Assembly (NCBI GenBank): GCA_963803805.1
Contig: CAWDOD010000003.1
Span: forward strand, 32,001-96,000
DNA length: 64,000 bases
DNA from: an uncultured cyanobacterium
Lineage (GTDB): Bacteria > Cyanobacteriota > Cyanobacteriia > Cyanobacteriales > CAWCAG01
Reading direction: 5' to 3'
Numbering within the stretch: position 1 is the first letter of the stretch; the number at the start of each line of letters is the position of its first letter. Positions 61,675 to 64,000 of the stretch are shown piece by piece. The notes beneath the pieces were generated by a model. That model saw nothing but the letters and a program-made list of their open reading frames with translations, had not been told where the DNA came from and did no database searches. The translations under genes were made by a program, and so were the position numbers.

Positions 61675-61871
61675 CCAGTATCGTCTTCAATATAATTAAG
61701 TTCTCTTCTTGATCTTGGCGCGTTTTAGGGAAAAGTGTCAATGATTCAGTTATCAATGATCATTGTTTGATGTACGGATTGCCGTTGCCATTAGGCATCA
61801 GTTATCAGTTTGAGGTTTGCTGTTGTTGTCAATTAGCCACTAGCCACTAGCGATTAGCCATTAGTCATTAT

Positions 61872-62129
61872 TTAGGTTGGTACAGCTTCTCCGGGGCGTA
61901 ATTTAAGCCATTTACCGTCTTCTCTAAGGAAACTTTGGCAACCAACTACGTCCCATTCCATTTCTACATAATCTTGGTGAGGACGGATGTTAACATTAAT
62001 AGTTGGTTCCTTTGGCTCAAAGTCAGGTTCTTCAGTAAGGTGAAGTTGTTGGTGTTGAGTTTCTACCGCATGGTATGTTTCACAACGGTCAACAAAGTAG
62101 CAGTTAACACAAATACACATGACAGACAA
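61872..62129 (-). CDS. ycf34: Ycf34 family protein
   Basis: MCICVNC..VDRC.TYH.VE.QH, EWDVVGC.SF. Confidence 0.9.
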   Translation of the reverse strand: MSVMCICVNCYFVDRCETYHAVETQHQQLHLTEEPDFEPKEPTINVNIRPHQDYVEMEWDVVGCQSFLREDGKWLKLRPGEAVPT

Positions 62130-62299
62130 AAAATTAGGGCATTTTTATTAATGTAGCTCAGATAAGATGAAGTGTGATGCTAAATTCGGACTTTTGTCAA
62201 CACAGAAGAAGTAGGGGTTGGTTCGATTCAATACTATGGTCATCATCAAAAATACCAATAAACCTGCCCTCAATTGATTGTTTTACTAGCGATTAGCCC

Positions 62300-63490
62300 T
62301 TGACCTTTGAGTTTATAAATTCCTACTGCGATTTAAACCTGTTGCCTCAACCTATTTATTTAGTTGGCGGTGCGGTGCGAGATGCTTTGTTGGGAAGAAA
62401 GAGAGAGTATTTTGACTTAGACTTTGTTGTACCGGAAAATTCCATAGAGACGGCGAAGAAAATAGCTAATTATTACCAAGCTGGGTTTGTGGTATTAGAT
62501 GCCAACAGATGTATTGCCAGAGTGGTTTTGCCTCAAGGAACATTGGATTTTGCTCAACAGGGAGGAGATATTTTAGAAACAGACTTGCGGCGTAGAGATT
62601 TTACCATTAATGCGATCGCCTATAATCCTCAAACAGAAGAATTAATTGATCCCCTACAAGGACAAAAAGATTTAGATCAAGGTTGGCTAAAGATGATTTC
62701 CATTGGCAACCTTGCTGATGATCCTTTACGCCTGCTACGTGCCTATCGTCAAGCTTCCCAGTTGAATTTTACCATTGAACCAGAAACTCGCTCAACTATT
62801 CGTTCCCTCGTACCTAAGTTAGCTGATGTTGCCCCGGAAAGGGTGCAAGCTGAGTTAAATTACTTGTTGAATAGTTCCCAGGCAAGTTATTGGTTAGAAG
62901 CGGCGGCTGAAGATGGTTTGCTTTCTTTTTGGTTAGGAGATATCCATCAGGATAACTTTGCTCGTTTAGAAAGAGTTGATGAAGCAGCCCAGCTATGCCA
63001 AGAATTACCCCAAGCCCAACTCTCCTTAGCTAAGTTAGCTTGTCTGGTTTCTCCTCAACCCCAAAAAGCACAAGCACAGTTGCAACGCCTCAAATATTCC
63101 CGTGATGAGACTAAAACTATTTGTGTAACCATCAAGTATTTGCCTCCCCTACTTACCCTAAAAAGTTCCCCCATGCCTCCTAAAAAGCAGTATTTCTTCT
63201 TTCGTGAAGTAGAAGATGTTTTTCCTACTTTGGTGGTGCTAGCAGTAGCAACAGGGGCAAGTAAAGAGGCGATCGCACCTTTGATTGCTGCTTATCTTAA
63301 TCCAGAAAATCAAGCGGCTCATCCTACCCCTTTAGTCACAGGGACTGATATTATGGAATCGCTTAATCTTGCCCCTAGTCGTCAAATTGGCCAACTTTTA
63401 ACCGCAATTCAAGTTGCGAGGGTAGAAGGTAAGATTAAAACTCAACAAGAAGCTTTACAATTAGCTCTTGCTTTGATAGGCAAAAATTAA
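62300..63490 (+). CDS. tRNA nucleotidyltransferase (CCA/poly(A) polymerase family)
   Basis: VGGAVRD, DLDF, DLRRRDFTINA, DDPLRLLRAYR, ERV. Confidence 0.92.
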   Translation: MTFEFINSYCDLNLLPQPIYLVGGAVRDALLGRKREYFDLDFVVPENSIETAKKIANYYQAGFVVLDANRCIARVVLPQGTLDFAQQGGDILETDLRRRDFTINAIAYNPQTEELIDPLQGQKDLDQGWLKMISIGNLADDPLRLLRAYRQASQLNFTIEPETRSTIRSLVPKLADVAPERVQAELNYLLNSSQASYWLEAAAEDGLLSFWLGDIHQDNFARLERVDEAAQLCQELPQAQLSLAKLACLVSPQPQKAQAQLQRLKYSRDETKTICVTIKYLPPLLTLKSSPMPPKKQYFFFREVEDVFPTLVVLAVATGASKEAIAPLIAAYLNPENQAAHPTPLVTGTDIMESLNLAPSRQIGQLLTAIQVARVEGKIKTQQEALQLALALIGKN

Positions 63491-63499
63491 AGGCTACTA

Positions 63500-63514
63500 T
63501 GAGAATTAATAGCA
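63500..63514 (+). promoter_or_regulatory. Fur-box-like site identical to the futA site
   Basis: TGAGAATTAATAGCA, exact reverse complement of 52528-52542. Confidence 0.45.
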
Positions 63515-63540
63515 AGCAGCTTTGAAGTTTATAGCAAGTA

Positions 63541-63849
63541 ATGAAAGTTATCTTTTTAATCGTTATTCTTGTTCTTGCAACTGTCATCTTTATTAATTAT
63601 GTCAATCCATCAACCTCTTCTCAGAATGGAATCCTTAGCAAATTGTCATCTTTCCTTACCAGTTTTAGGGGTAAATTTAGGCGAGTAAAAACTCGTAGCA
63701 AAGCCAGTCCCTTACGTCGAGAATTACTCAAAAGAGTAGATCCTGCTACAGCAGACAGGTTAATTTCTTCAGCTAGAAGAAGAACACCTGGTAAGTCAGA
63801 ACATTGGTATTTGGAAAAAGTACTTTATGATCTGAGGCGAGGAAGGTAA
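63541..63849 (+). CDS. Small membrane-anchored hypothetical protein
   Basis: N-terminal TM helix; C-terminal TADRLI....PGKSEHWYLEKVLYDL.R.R. Confidence 0.7.
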   Translation: MKVIFLIVILVLATVIFINYVNPSTSSQNGILSKLSSFLTSFRGKFRRVKTRSKASPLRRELLKRVDPATADRLISSARRRTPGKSEHWYLEKVLYDLRRGR

Positions 63850-64000
63850 GCTGTCAGGCATTTAATTTACTTATTAGCCATGCATTTGAGAACCACTATA
63901 TAACTTTTTTCGACTCCACACTCCCTGCTCCCTTTAGTAATTTATAAACATTAGTTTCTTGATTTGTAAAAACTTGTTCAAAAGCTTTATTATTCCCCAG

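Overview
The window has two unrelated halves. Bases 1 to ~17,085 look like Bacteroidota (Flavobacteria/Cytophagia-type) DNA and form an integron-like gene-cassette array: nine long imperfect hairpin sites (~75-220 bp) separate one-to-five-gene units, and every complete unit starts with GTT-N6 and ends with the reverse complement N6-AAC, as expected for cassettes that excise and integrate as circles. A 2.43-kb tyrosine recombinase + IS91-family HUH transposase module (12227-14659) splits one site at its AAC. This module is itself built like an inverted cassette, with its own hairpin site and 11/12-bp inverted ends, which links the enzymes to the array. The recombinase lacks the IntI-specific insertion, and the transposase is disrupted by two copies of a CCCGATAGCTATCGGG palindrome. 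At ~17,085 a GNAT-like gene is cut off and the rest is ordinary HIP1-rich cyanobacterial chromosome: mobA, proB, tmRNA, HerA-like ATPase, crtD, an Hsp70-WD40 fusion, the 2-oxoglutarate decarboxylase/SSADH pair interrupted by a c-di-AMP-riboswitch-led transporter, futA, dprA, alr, ycf34 and others. It also holds a 164-bp MITE with an 8-bp TSD, a candidate NsiR1-like sRNA and a duplicated Fur-like box. The junction is most likely an assembly or concatenation artefact, and several 1-2 bp frameshifts may be sequencing errors. All product calls come from motif recognition by eye, not from database searches.
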